A stretch of 64,000 nucleotides of DNA from positions 30,934 to 94,933 of the forward strand of contig JAUXAN010000002.1 of assembly GCA_030619885.1 (NCBI GenBank), read 5' to 3'. The stretch's first letter is position 1; each line of letters begins with the position of its first letter. This DNA is from a bacterium (GTDB lineage: Bacteria > Hydrothermota > DG-26 > JAUXAN01). The notes below the pieces were generated by a model that searched no databases, was not told the origin of the DNA, and saw only the letters and a program-made list of their open reading frames with translations. A program made the position numbers and the translations under genes. Positions 17,944 through 27,189 of this stretch are shown here, piece after piece.

Positions 17944-18705
17944 TCAATATATTTCAACTTGTATTTTATATCTTCCTTCCAAATCATCCTTTACCTCAAT
18001 TAACTTTTCCTTTTCCACTTTTTTCAAAGAGGTATCAGCAGGTTCTCTATCCAGAGAATAGAGCTGAACATAAAGGGGTTTAATTTCTGCAATTCTTTCT
18101 TTCCAATCCTCCACATCTTTTATGGAGAAATTTCCTCTTTCTCCACCTGCCAGAACTGTTTGAATCACAATGTCGTTGATATTTTTCAAATTTTCATAAA
18201 TTCTTTGAAAAGAAATTTCTTTATAAGGCCGATTGAATCTTTTAAAAGTGTTTTCATTTCCGCAATCAAACTTCATAATCCGTAAATCAAGTTTTTCTAA
18301 GGCGTCCCGCACACTTCTCTTCTCCAACATAGTGGAATTGGAAAGTATCGCTACTTTTTTCTCGAGGACAAATTTATCTCTGACTTTTAAGACCAAGTCG
18401 ACGATTTCTTGAAATTTTGGATAGGAGCAGGGTTCTCCATTGCCGGAGAAAGTGATGAAATCGATGTGTGTATTTTTACTGAAATAGTCTTCGAGGGCTT
18501 TTTCTACCTCTTCTGGCGAGGGCAGGTCCTTTTCAAATTGGGAAAATACATTGGTCAAGTATTCGGTCCAGCCATAATGGCAATAAAGGCAATTAAAACT
18601 GCAGAGCTTGTATTGACAAGGCGAAAGATTAATCCCTAATGAACGTCCCAATCTTCGAGAGTTAACTGGTCCATAAATAGTGGTTTTTTGCAGGGGTATC
18701 GGCAT
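17944..18705 (-). CDS. Radical SAM protein (small, COG0731-like, no SPASM domain)
   Basis: CSFNCLYCHYGW = CX3CX2C; N-terminal YGPVNSRRLGRSLGINL. Confidence 0.65.
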   Translation of the reverse strand: MPIPLQKTTIYGPVNSRRLGRSLGINLSPCQYKLCSFNCLYCHYGWTEYLTNVFSQFEKDLPSPEEVEKALEDYFSKNTHIDFITFSGNGEPCSYPKFQEIVDLVLKVRDKFVLEKKVAILSNSTMLEKRSVRDALEKLDLRIMKFDCGNENTFKRFNRPYKEISFQRIYENLKNINDIVIQTVLAGGERGNFSIKDVEDWKERIAEIKPLYVQLYSLDREPADTSLKKVEKEKLIEVKDDLEGRYKIQVEIY

Positions 18706-18718
18706 CTTTTCAAGTAAC

Positions 18719-19756
18719 TTATTTTTTAATATTTCTCAGTGCCTTTTTGAATTTGTTGAGCTGCTTTTTAAAAAATTCATTACCAGGTTCAATTTCCAAT
18801 GCCTTGGTTTCCCAGTAAACAGCCTGCTCATAATTGCCTGCTGCATAATGGGCTTCAGCAAGAGTATCCATAATATTTGCATCCTTGGGTGCAAGTTCAT
18901 GTGCCTTCTTTGCTGCCTCAAGGGTTTCCTCTGGATACTTCTTCTTGAGAGCAAACTCCCAGGCAAGACTGTTATAAACTTCCGGGCTTTCAAGTTCGCT
19001 TTCAAGTGCCTTTAAAAGAAGCAGATGAGCCTTTTTGAAGAAAGCTTCTTCTGTATCCTTTTCTTCATCTGCAAGACGAAGATAGGCTGGACCAAGAAAG
19101 GCATACTGCCACATTTCATACTGGCGGCGTAATTCCTTAACTGGCTCAGGATTATCAACAACCTTCAAATCGACAAGTCTGTCATCAACCCCCTGATAAC
19201 CTCCCCTCTTTCTTACAACAGTTATTGAAGCCGATTGCTTTCCTCTTTTGTCACCGCCTGCCTTTTCACCTGCTTCGAGTGCTGAAAGCAACCTTTCTGC
19301 AAGTGGACCTTCTGTCTTCTGAAAAACAGTTAGCATGCTATCAACAACTCCAGGTCCAGTCAGAATATTTCCCTGGACTGAAACATATGGGGCAGTTTTA
19401 TGGCCAGCCCATGCAAGAGTGTTTTGACCTGTATATGCAACAGATTTTCCATTGATGTCGACGATTCCAACCTGTCGTTCCTCTGCAAGTGTGTCCTTTT
19501 CAAGTATTATTTTCAAAACCTCATCTGCAGATTTCCCTCGAGATAGGCCGTCCAGAGCCCATGGACCAAAATAAGGATTGGTATAAGCCTGGGTTGCTAC
19601 TGCACCAACGTCTGCCTCAAGCCAGGGTACAATATAGCCAACATCTAAAACCCTTGAAGCAACTGCAATACCCCACTCATCGCTTTCTGGATCCATAGCA
19701 ACAATAGAGAAGGTTCCCTGAGAAATATACGCCAACAAAATTAGAATGTTTAACAT
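18719..19756 (-). CDS. Secreted DUF1028 (Ntn-hydrolase-fold) protein with C-terminal TPR repeats
   Basis: TFSIVAMDPESDEWGIAVASRV...GAVATQAYTNPYFGP...RQVGIVDINGKS matches the DUF1028 core; signal peptide; TPR-like C-terminus. Confidence 0.6.
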   Translation of the reverse strand: MLNILILLAYISQGTFSIVAMDPESDEWGIAVASRVLDVGYIVPWLEADVGAVATQAYTNPYFGPWALDGLSRGKSADEVLKIILEKDTLAEERQVGIVDINGKSVAYTGQNTLAWAGHKTAPYVSVQGNILTGPGVVDSMLTVFQKTEGPLAERLLSALEAGEKAGGDKRGKQSASITVVRKRGGYQGVDDRLVDLKVVDNPEPVKELRRQYEMWQYAFLGPAYLRLADEEKDTEEAFFKKAHLLLLKALESELESPEVYNSLAWEFALKKKYPEETLEAAKKAHELAPKDANIMDTLAEAHYAAGNYEQAVYWETKALEIEPGNEFFKKQLNKFKKALRNIKK

Positions 19757-19831
19757 ACAACCTCCTATTACAATATTATTTGCACTAAAGAGCCTGTCAA
19801 GATCTTAATCCGCCTCAGGCGGACTTGATGA

Positions 19832-22030
19832 CTAAAAGTAGAGCAGATACTTTGCCTTGATTGCGCCAATTCTATTTTCAAGTTTTAATCCACCATCGTC
19901 ATTTTTCACACTATAATCATTCAATGCAATGTAGAGCCAACTCTTGGGTAAGAAATTCCAGGAGAAGAGCAGACCAATCCGGTTAGATAACAATTCGGTT
20001 TCTCCAAAATCTGTTTCTGGTGTTTCCATCACAAATTCATTGAAAAGTCCAAGACTCATATCAGCATTTATTCTGGTATCAATTCTTGGCATTGCCATCG
20101 TTGTAAGTGCAATAATTTTATTTAGTGTATCCCACTCAACCCAGGTATATGATGTTAAAGATAGGGAAATTTGTGGTATGAAACTATGTCCAATTCGAAA
20201 CCAACTCCAGACCTGAGGAGCAAGGAAATCCCTCCTGTAGTTATATTTATAACTGTAATTGCCGCCACAATCAAAATGCTGCCCTGCAATTTGACCCCAA
20301 ACCGAAAGATCTATATTACGGTACAGGTAATTCGTATCTGCCTCATAATAACGGCCAGCCAAAAGCTCAAAATTAATGCCCCAGTTATTACGAAATTCGG
20401 GCGTGATCGTGAAGGCTCCAAGTTTTGACAACTTTCTTTCACCCTGCTCTCGAACAGCTTTAATCCCCACAGCAGCAGAGAGCTCTCTAAGGAACCCCTT
20501 AGGGTAAGTCTTATAGGGACCACTAAAGACTAAGTACTCCTCCCGGGGCATTTCCCAGGGCACATATCCAATATCAGATATATCAAAGGAATCCTGCACC
20601 ACCCGAGCACTTGCCCCGGTCAAGAAATTTCCTATTAAGCCAGAATAACCGGACGAAAACGCCCAGCCTTTCTTTTCGTTCTTATCACTCACTGCACCCT
20701 GGAAGATAAATTGGCTGAACCCCTTACGATACACTCCATCAAGACCAACTACATAATTGTAGTCATCCTTATCAACCGTGGTTCCGCTGATGAGCATACC
20801 GATATCTGAATTCTCAAATACCCTGCGCTTTGCCCTCAGCACGCCAAACCCCCGGCGGGGCTCAATTTCTGCCCCATTCTCAGAATAATCATCTGTATAG
20901 GCACCCAGAACCCCTAAATTCCAGTCTTCAGATTTATTGGTCAATTTCAGTCCACCAAGAATTGGTATTACTTCTCCATTTATAGATTTACCAATTTTAC
21001 GGGAATAAAAGATATCTAATGGTTTAAAGAATTCTTTATGTTCGCCAAGGTCTGACATTCGGAAGATTTCCTTTCCCTCGAGAAAGAATGGTCTCCGTTC
21101 ATCTAAGTAGATTGGATAACGCTCTAAATTTAGTCTGAATGGGTCAGATTCAATCTGTGCAAAGTCCGGATAGGCTGTTGCATTAAGGGTCGTATGCGGG
21201 GTTAAATCCCATTTGAAATTCAAACTCAGCCGAGGCTTCAACGTATCCTCAAATTCGTATTCTTCTCTGTATTCATCATATCGTCTGTATTTATCATATC
21301 GTAAAAATCCCTCGGGATATAGTTCGAAATAGTAACCAGTGACTTTAGGTTCTATGCCCCTCAATGTCCCATATTTAGAAACCATAAGACCTTCTAACTG
21401 TGTGAACTCATTCCAGGAATCAGTTTCTCTGTTATTGGCAAGGTATCGGACGAAGGTTATACCCCATTCTTTAAGACCTTTTTTATACCGGATTGATTTG
21501 AACGGAATCTTCATCTCCACATCATAGCGGTCTTCATATAATTTTACTGCCCGATACCATACTCCCTCCCAGGAATCATCCGTCCTCCGGCCATCATCAA
21601 GTATCCAGCCATCGTTAATTATCTCACTTGCAAATACTATGAAGAGGTAAGCAGTAGTCTTACTGCCAAAAGTATCAATGCCTATTGCAATATAATCCTC
21701 ATCGGCGGTCAAACAGGCAATTGGCTTATGCTTCTCTGCATAACAGCGGAATGCGAAATAGAGGTTTTCCTTATCTTGCAAAACATAAACGACTGTCTTT
21801 TCAGTGGGTGGCGCTTTTTCATAGGGTACAAATTGAACAAAATTATATGCCGAATCTGCTGTCTGCCAGACTTGTTCAATAACACCATCAATCACCGGTG
21901 CTACTTCAGTGTAACGCACTTCAACAGCTTTATTTATTCCACTGGTATCAGGAACCTGTGCAAACAGGTCAACCGCCCAAAGGAACATCAACAATCCTAC
22001 AAATGATACTTTTTTAAGTTGCTTATCCAT
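19832..22030 (-). CDS. Secreted CBM9-like/DUF5916 domain protein (about 730 aa)
   Basis: Signal peptide VSFVGLLMFLWAVDLFAQ after the internal start MDKQLKK; the ORF-track start 22240 is probably too far upstream. Confidence 0.45.
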   Translation of the reverse strand: MDKQLKKVSFVGLLMFLWAVDLFAQVPDTSGINKAVEVRYTEVAPVIDGVIEQVWQTADSAYNFVQFVPYEKAPPTEKTVVYVLQDKENLYFAFRCYAEKHKPIACLTADEDYIAIGIDTFGSKTTAYLFIVFASEIINDGWILDDGRRTDDSWEGVWYRAVKLYEDRYDVEMKIPFKSIRYKKGLKEWGITFVRYLANNRETDSWNEFTQLEGLMVSKYGTLRGIEPKVTGYYFELYPEGFLRYDKYRRYDEYREEYEFEDTLKPRLSLNFKWDLTPHTTLNATAYPDFAQIESDPFRLNLERYPIYLDERRPFFLEGKEIFRMSDLGEHKEFFKPLDIFYSRKIGKSINGEVIPILGGLKLTNKSEDWNLGVLGAYTDDYSENGAEIEPRRGFGVLRAKRRVFENSDIGMLISGTTVDKDDYNYVVGLDGVYRKGFSQFIFQGAVSDKNEKKGWAFSSGYSGLIGNFLTGASARVVQDSFDISDIGYVPWEMPREEYLVFSGPYKTYPKGFLRELSAAVGIKAVREQGERKLSKLGAFTITPEFRNNWGINFELLAGRYYEADTNYLYRNIDLSVWGQIAGQHFDCGGNYSYKYNYRRDFLAPQVWSWFRIGHSFIPQISLSLTSYTWVEWDTLNKIIALTTMAMPRIDTRINADMSLGLFNEFVMETPETDFGETELLSNRIGLLFSWNFLPKSWLYIALNDYSVKNDDGGLKLENRIGAIKAKYLLYF

Positions 22031-22312
22031 ATTTCCTGAAATAAATCTATCCTTCGCAATTTTGTTTATCGTCTTTGGGCTTTCAGAAGCACGATGATAA
22101 ATATGCAATATAGATTGAACTTTGTCAAGTGCAGAAATCGAAACTTCTGAAAAAGTCTTCCTAACCACGAGATTACATCTCAAGATCCGTATGGACAAGA
22201 TTAACACAAGAAAAATTTTCACTTTAAAAATGAAAGCCATTTTTATAATCTCCTGCTATTCGGCAGTTTCGGTGTTATTCAGTCATACGACCCGTATGGG
22301 TGTTTTTACACA

Positions 22313-23107
22313 TTATTTGAGTTTATTTATTTCACTGTCAAGCCGAGCATAGGGTGTTGAGAGCCATGGATCATTCTGAATAAGTCGTAAAAAGTTGGTT
22401 TGAACTGTTTGCATGATGTCTTCTGTAGTAGTCTTTCTCAACTTTGCTAAAGCTTCAATCACATCTTTAATAACTGCTGGCATGCCGGGTGTCCCCGTGA
22501 GCCATTCCAGTCCACCTGGATTATCTGTTTCTGTCAACAATTGATTTGCCGGTAACTCTCGTGCGATGGTTTTAATGTGCTCAGCACGAAGTACCTCAAT
22601 ACCTATCGTGAAATACACACCTCTGGCTACGAGTTCATGAAAGACATCCAGAGGTCCTGAATACCAGTGGATAATTGACCTTTGAATATCATAACGATTA
22701 AGAAGATGCAAGACTTTTTTTTCTGCCCCTTTTGTGTGTACATTGATGATCTTTCCTTGTTCTTTAGCCGCTGATAGAAAGAACTCGAACACTTTTTGCT
22801 GAGCTGGATATTGAGAAGTATCCTCAACAAAGTGGTAGTCTAATCCAATTTCACCGATGATGGGACTCTGTTCAATAACAGTGCTTAGATCTTCCAGATG
22901 CTCAACATATTCAGGAGCATTCCAGGGATGAACCCCGAAGGTAGGCAACACAAGCTCGCACATTTCACCTATCTTTAGATTTCGTTTGTACGAAGGTAGA
23001 TCCATAGAGTTGCTAATAGTGAAAATCGTGTGTTGAGTGATTTCTCCCAAAGCAGATTGCACCGTATTCTCATATCTGTCTAAATGTGAGTGAGCATCTA
23101 TAAGCAT
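22313..23107 (-). CDS. tatD: TatD-family metal-dependent hydrolase
   Basis: MLIDAHSHLD, GEIGLDYHF and IHWYSG motifs. Confidence 0.7.
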   Translation of the reverse strand: MLIDAHSHLDRYENTVQSALGEITQHTIFTISNSMDLPSYKRNLKIGEMCELVLPTFGVHPWNAPEYVEHLEDLSTVIEQSPIIGEIGLDYHFVEDTSQYPAQQKVFEFFLSAAKEQGKIINVHTKGAEKKVLHLLNRYDIQRSIIHWYSGPLDVFHELVARGVYFTIGIEVLRAEHIKTIARELPANQLLTETDNPGGLEWLTGTPGMPAVIKDVIEALAKLRKTTTEDIMQTVQTNFLRLIQNDPWLSTPYARLDSEINKLK

Positions 23108-23286
23108 GTATAACCTCGCGCACAATGGCGTAATAACATCAGTTCGCGGGATTCATGACATTCGCGAACATTACACGCGAAGTCAGTGTCTTGGTGTTTG
23201 CACTTGACGAGGATGAGCCGACTCGGTCAGCGAGCGAATGTCCCGAAGTGTCTGCTGCAGAAGGACAGCGCAAAGTGAATCCACAT

Positions 23287-23917
23287 GTTATATGAAGTGG
23301 CTGGCATGTTACTGTTGGATTATCTTTCCCGCCTGCTCCTTACGAAGGAGGGCGGGCAGGCAATTGCTCTAATATCTTGGATAATCCCTTTTTTCTCTAC
23401 TTCTCGGTGGACGAGCTTCGTCAACTTTCAAGGTACGTCCTTTGAAATCGGAACTGTCCAACGCTTCTTTTGCTTTTTCAGCTTCAGATGGGTCAGACAT
23501 TTCAACAAACCCAAAGCCTTTACCTTCAATTATATTAATTTGTTTAACCTCACCATAATTGGAAAACAATTCTTCCAACTGCTGATTAGTTACAGAATAA
23601 TCAAGGTTTCCTACATAAAGTTTGCTACCTTGCATTCAATCCTCCTACTTTGTCCCGCACTAATACTTTGGTGCGGGGTTTATTTTTCTCTGGCCAATAA
23701 CGTTTCTTTGGAGGTAGAAGCAAAATAGCAATTCTAACCTCTCTGATGAGAACATTATTAAACACAAGAGAACTCTTATTGAAAACTTGTATCACCTGCC
23801 TGTACTGTAGATGCAGGCAGGGAAAATTTATCCCGTTAGATATGAAATTATCTCACGGGGTTTAATCGAGTATTCTTATCACCTCCTTTCACTATTTGCC
23901 AGCCACTTCATATAACT
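23287..23917. repeat. Perfect 20-bp inverted repeat pair bracketing the RRM gene
   Basis: GTTATATGAAGTGGCTGGCA at 23287-23306 and TGCCAGCCACTTCATATAAC at 23898-23917; verified base by base. Confidence 0.8.
23369..23635 (-). CDS. RNA-binding protein with a single RRM domain (Rbp/glycine-rich-type)
   Basis: KLYVGNLDYSVTNQQLEELFSNYGEV (RNP2) and KGFGFVEM (RNP1); AGGAGG SD; hairpin CCCGCAC...GTGCGGG at 23654-23678 abuts the SD. Confidence 0.8.
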   Translation of the reverse strand: MQGSKLYVGNLDYSVTNQQLEELFSNYGEVKQINIIEGKGFGFVEMSDPSEAEKAKEALDSSDFKGRTLKVDEARPPRSREKRDYPRY

Positions 23918-24165
23918 GCTTCTTCTCTCATTTTCTTATTTATCAACTCATTCATCGTCCGGATTATCTAAAGGACTCACTATTTTTCTTATGGATTTCT
24001 TAATAACATGAGTATATGAATAATACCCAAATAATTGGGGTCAGGCTTGAAAGGTTGAATATGTGGGATATAGTCTTCTTTTCCTCTGGATTTTCTCTCA
24101 TAGTCGGGATAAAAAATTTTGACCATCTCATAAACTTGTATTAAATTACAATAAAAACTTAAAAA

Positions 24166-24262
24166 TGTCAAGAAAAAAAGAACCCACGAAACACATTCAC
24201 CCCGTTAGATAGCAAGCATCTAATCCCTACGGATCCGTATGGACGGGGCAGGTTACACGAAT
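24166..24262. repeat. Intergenic repeat element A: two minus-strand TTGACA boxes bracketing CCCACGAAACACATTCACCCC / TACGGATCCGTA palindrome / GGGGCAGGTTACACGAAT
   Basis: Related copies at 53705-53790, 22163-22200, 37051-37085 and 23835-23865. Confidence 0.55.
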
Positions 24263-24283
24263 TTGTCAAGAAAAAGCGACCAT

Positions 24284-27019
24284 TTATAAAAAAATCATTC
24301 CCTGATCGCCATCCACGGTAATTTTATCCCCATTTTTAATAATCCTGGTAGCATCTTTTACTCCTACCACTGCTGGTATGCCATATTCTCTTGCTACAAT
24401 CGCTCCATGAGAAGCAACTCCTCCCACCTCCATTACAAGGGCTTTTGCCGTTAAAAATAGAGGTGTCCAGCCGGGATCGGTATAAGGAACCACTAAAATT
24501 TCTCCTTTGTTGAATACACATCCCTCTGTGGGATCCAGGATAATTCGCGCTTTTCCCGTTACCCTCCCCCTGGATGCCGTCGTGCCTTTCAAAATATTGG
24601 TGTCTTGAGGCTCATGCTCAGAATAAGAAAACATCTTGCCGTCACTTCTTACGATAAAGGGAGGATCTATGGTGAGATTGGTTTCCCATTCTTCTTTGCG
24701 TTCTTGCACCAGATTTTTTATGGTGTTCCTATCAGAGTCTTTTTCCAGGACAAGGGCTTCCAGTTCAGGTAAAGTGAGAAAATAGACCTCGTTTGCGATC
24801 TCAAAATATCCTTCTTCAGCGAGTCTTCGGCCGATTTCTAAAAATATTCTTCTTGAGCCAGAATAACATTTTAAAACATAGTATTTTGGATTTTCTCGGA
24901 GGGGCATATAAGTATGGGCTTTTTTTAACATCTTTTTAAAAAGCCATCTTTTCAAAGGAAACAACCTGGAGAGAATACTTTGAGAAAGCTTTTGATTAAC
25001 TAATTCTGTTAAATGCTCTCGCTTTTCAGCCATTTTTTTGAAATGTTCCAGGGGAGTAATATCTTTGCTATCCAGTTGCAGGTAATTTTTTATCATCTGG
25101 AAAACAAATGAGTGGTCGTCCTTCCATCGAGGGTGTCCAATATCAAATTCTTTCACCCCGCGATGGCCATAAAGTTCCATAAACTGCTCCAACCTTTTCA
25201 GAAATATTTTTCCTTCGCGTCTTTTTTCTAAAAGGGAGGAAATTTCCCCTATTTCTCGGTTTAAAAATATTTGCTTTATCGACTCAGGCATTTGGGAAAG
25301 TTTATACAATTCCAGGGCTCCTTCGGTAGTTTTATTTCCGGGAATACCGGCCACGAGTTTGTCCGGGGACACATCTTTCCATTGCCTCGTTAAAAAATCA
25401 AGCATCCCGTAGCCTAAAACACCATGAGCCATAGCCAAAAATGAAGAAGCCCACAACCTTACCGTATAGGTGGTAAATTCTTTTACATACTTTATCATCT
25501 CTATATTTGATTTCACCTCTACATTCACATTCTCAAACTCGCATGACTCTTGCCAATACTGATTGCATTTCTTTATTATTTTCTTGGGACTTAAAAACCA
25601 TGGCACAAAAAGAAAGCCCAGAAAAATCCTGGTAGCATTAAAAATGAAAAACCATAAGGTCGAGAAACCTTTGGGAAACTCCACCGGTTGCAATTCCCGA
25701 GCCCGGTATAATTTATTAAACAACTTTCCCGCTTCTTTATCTATTTGGGGAAGAAAAAACCTGAAAAATGGGCCGAAAATTGGATTTCCATAGAGCATGT
25801 TCATGTTAAAATACAGTCTTCCATAAACCAAATCTACAAGATTATTATACGGGTAAAGGGATGATTTCTTAGTAATACCAAAGAAACTATTACAAAGAAC
25901 CGGGAATATTATATCCATAAAATAAGAGCAGGCCAAAGTGGTAAGGGGATACGGCATGGTTTCCCGAGTATTCCAGTTGGACCAGAAGACCACTTTATCT
26001 TTCAACAAGTCGCGGCTGGTCTGGTTACCCCATATTACCGGTATAGATTCGGGAGTTTCCTTCATCGTTGTGATCGGTCTGGACTGTAAAATGAAAATTT
26101 GATTCTCATATAATCCCCATTCAATATCCTGCGGGCAATGAAAATACTCTTCGATCCTTTTCCCAATGGCAGCTAATTGTTGAATCTGTTCATCCGAAAC
26201 GCACTGTTGTTGCCTTTGTTCCAAAGGGACAGGAACTTCTACAGACCCTTTTTGTCCTAGTATCGTCATTATTTTCTTCTCGGCAGTGTTTTTGGTCTTA
26301 ATGGATAGATTTTTCTTATCCACAGTGTATTCATCCGGAGAAACTTTTCCAGAAACCACAGACTCGCCCAAACCCCAGTTTGCATTTATAATGAGTTCGT
26401 TTTTATTATGGGTAATCGGATTATGGGTAAAGGTAATACCGGATACAGAGGATGGTACCATCTTTTGGACAACCACAGCCATAAAGACCTTAAGGTGGTC
26501 TACATTGTTCTTGTGCCGATAAGATATCGCCCGGTCTGTCCAAAGAGATGCCCAGCATTTTTTCACGCATAGCAACAGGTCGGGTTCCCGAAAAATATTT
26601 AGCCAAGTGTCGTGCTGACCGGCAAAGGAATAGTTAGGTAAGTCCTCAGCCGTAGCAGAAGATCTGACGGCCACATAAATTTTTTTATGGTGCCCTCCGG
26701 GAAGTTCTCGACATGCCAGTAAGATAGCCTCTTTAACACCCTCTGGAATTTCGTTATCCATTATTAGTTGCCTTAACCTTACCCCGCATTTTTGTATATT
26801 TTCAATATTGGACAGGTCAGAGCCTTCTATTTCTGAGGAGATTTTCTTCCCTAAACTGGAATTTTTAATAAATCCCTGATAAGCTTCGGTAGTAATACAA
26901 AATCCTGATGGAACTAAGAAATCTGCTGAGGTCAACTCTGCTAGGTTTACACCTTTACCACCTACTTCACGAACATCGTTCTTACTTATCTCGGATAAAT
27001 TCTTAATAAAGTTACTCAT
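24284..27019 (-). CDS. PEP-synthase-family phosphotransferase with rifampin-phosphotransferase-like architecture (ATP-grasp/PPDK_N + large insert + C-terminal PEP-utilising His domain)
   Basis: N-terminus GGKGVNLAELTSADFLVPSGFCITTEAY; C-terminus GTTASRGRVTGKARIIL...GEILVVPYTDPGWTPLFLTAKALVMEVGGVASHGAIVAREYGIPAVVGV; 911 aa. Confidence 0.6.
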   Translation of the reverse strand: MSNFIKNLSEISKNDVREVGGKGVNLAELTSADFLVPSGFCITTEAYQGFIKNSSLGKKISSEIEGSDLSNIENIQKCGVRLRQLIMDNEIPEGVKEAILLACRELPGGHHKKIYVAVRSSATAEDLPNYSFAGQHDTWLNIFREPDLLLCVKKCWASLWTDRAISYRHKNNVDHLKVFMAVVVQKMVPSSVSGITFTHNPITHNKNELIINANWGLGESVVSGKVSPDEYTVDKKNLSIKTKNTAEKKIMTILGQKGSVEVPVPLEQRQQQCVSDEQIQQLAAIGKRIEEYFHCPQDIEWGLYENQIFILQSRPITTMKETPESIPVIWGNQTSRDLLKDKVVFWSNWNTRETMPYPLTTLACSYFMDIIFPVLCNSFFGITKKSSLYPYNNLVDLVYGRLYFNMNMLYGNPIFGPFFRFFLPQIDKEAGKLFNKLYRARELQPVEFPKGFSTLWFFIFNATRIFLGFLFVPWFLSPKKIIKKCNQYWQESCEFENVNVEVKSNIEMIKYVKEFTTYTVRLWASSFLAMAHGVLGYGMLDFLTRQWKDVSPDKLVAGIPGNKTTEGALELYKLSQMPESIKQIFLNREIGEISSLLEKRREGKIFLKRLEQFMELYGHRGVKEFDIGHPRWKDDHSFVFQMIKNYLQLDSKDITPLEHFKKMAEKREHLTELVNQKLSQSILSRLFPLKRWLFKKMLKKAHTYMPLRENPKYYVLKCYSGSRRIFLEIGRRLAEEGYFEIANEVYFLTLPELEALVLEKDSDRNTIKNLVQERKEEWETNLTIDPPFIVRSDGKMFSYSEHEPQDTNILKGTTASRGRVTGKARIILDPTEGCVFNKGEILVVPYTDPGWTPLFLTAKALVMEVGGVASHGAIVAREYGIPAVVGVKDATRIIKNGDKITVDGDQGMIFL

Positions 27020-27189
27020 GGTCTGTACTCTTTAGAGTAATAATAGGGACAGTCCCCATTTTCTCATGAAAATATCTTTTCCACCTCTCCTTTGATTTAC
27101 ATATTTTTTAAAAATAGGGGCCAATTCTTATTTTTTCAAACAAAAGTAGATTTTATCACTACGGATCCGTATGGAAAGGTTTGACCCCA

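Noticed and set aside
23285-23728. 147-aa plus-strand ORF overlapping the RRM gene
   Set aside because: It is antisense to a well-supported RRM protein with an AGGAGG SD. The product is hydrophobic low-complexity. The hairpin plus T-run at 23654-23690 is better explained as a 5' UTR structure of the RRM mRNA.
23989-24171. 60-aa minus-strand ORF in the long RRM leader
   Set aside because: No SD or conservation cues. It lies within the predicted structured 5' UTR, though a leader peptide cannot be fully excluded.
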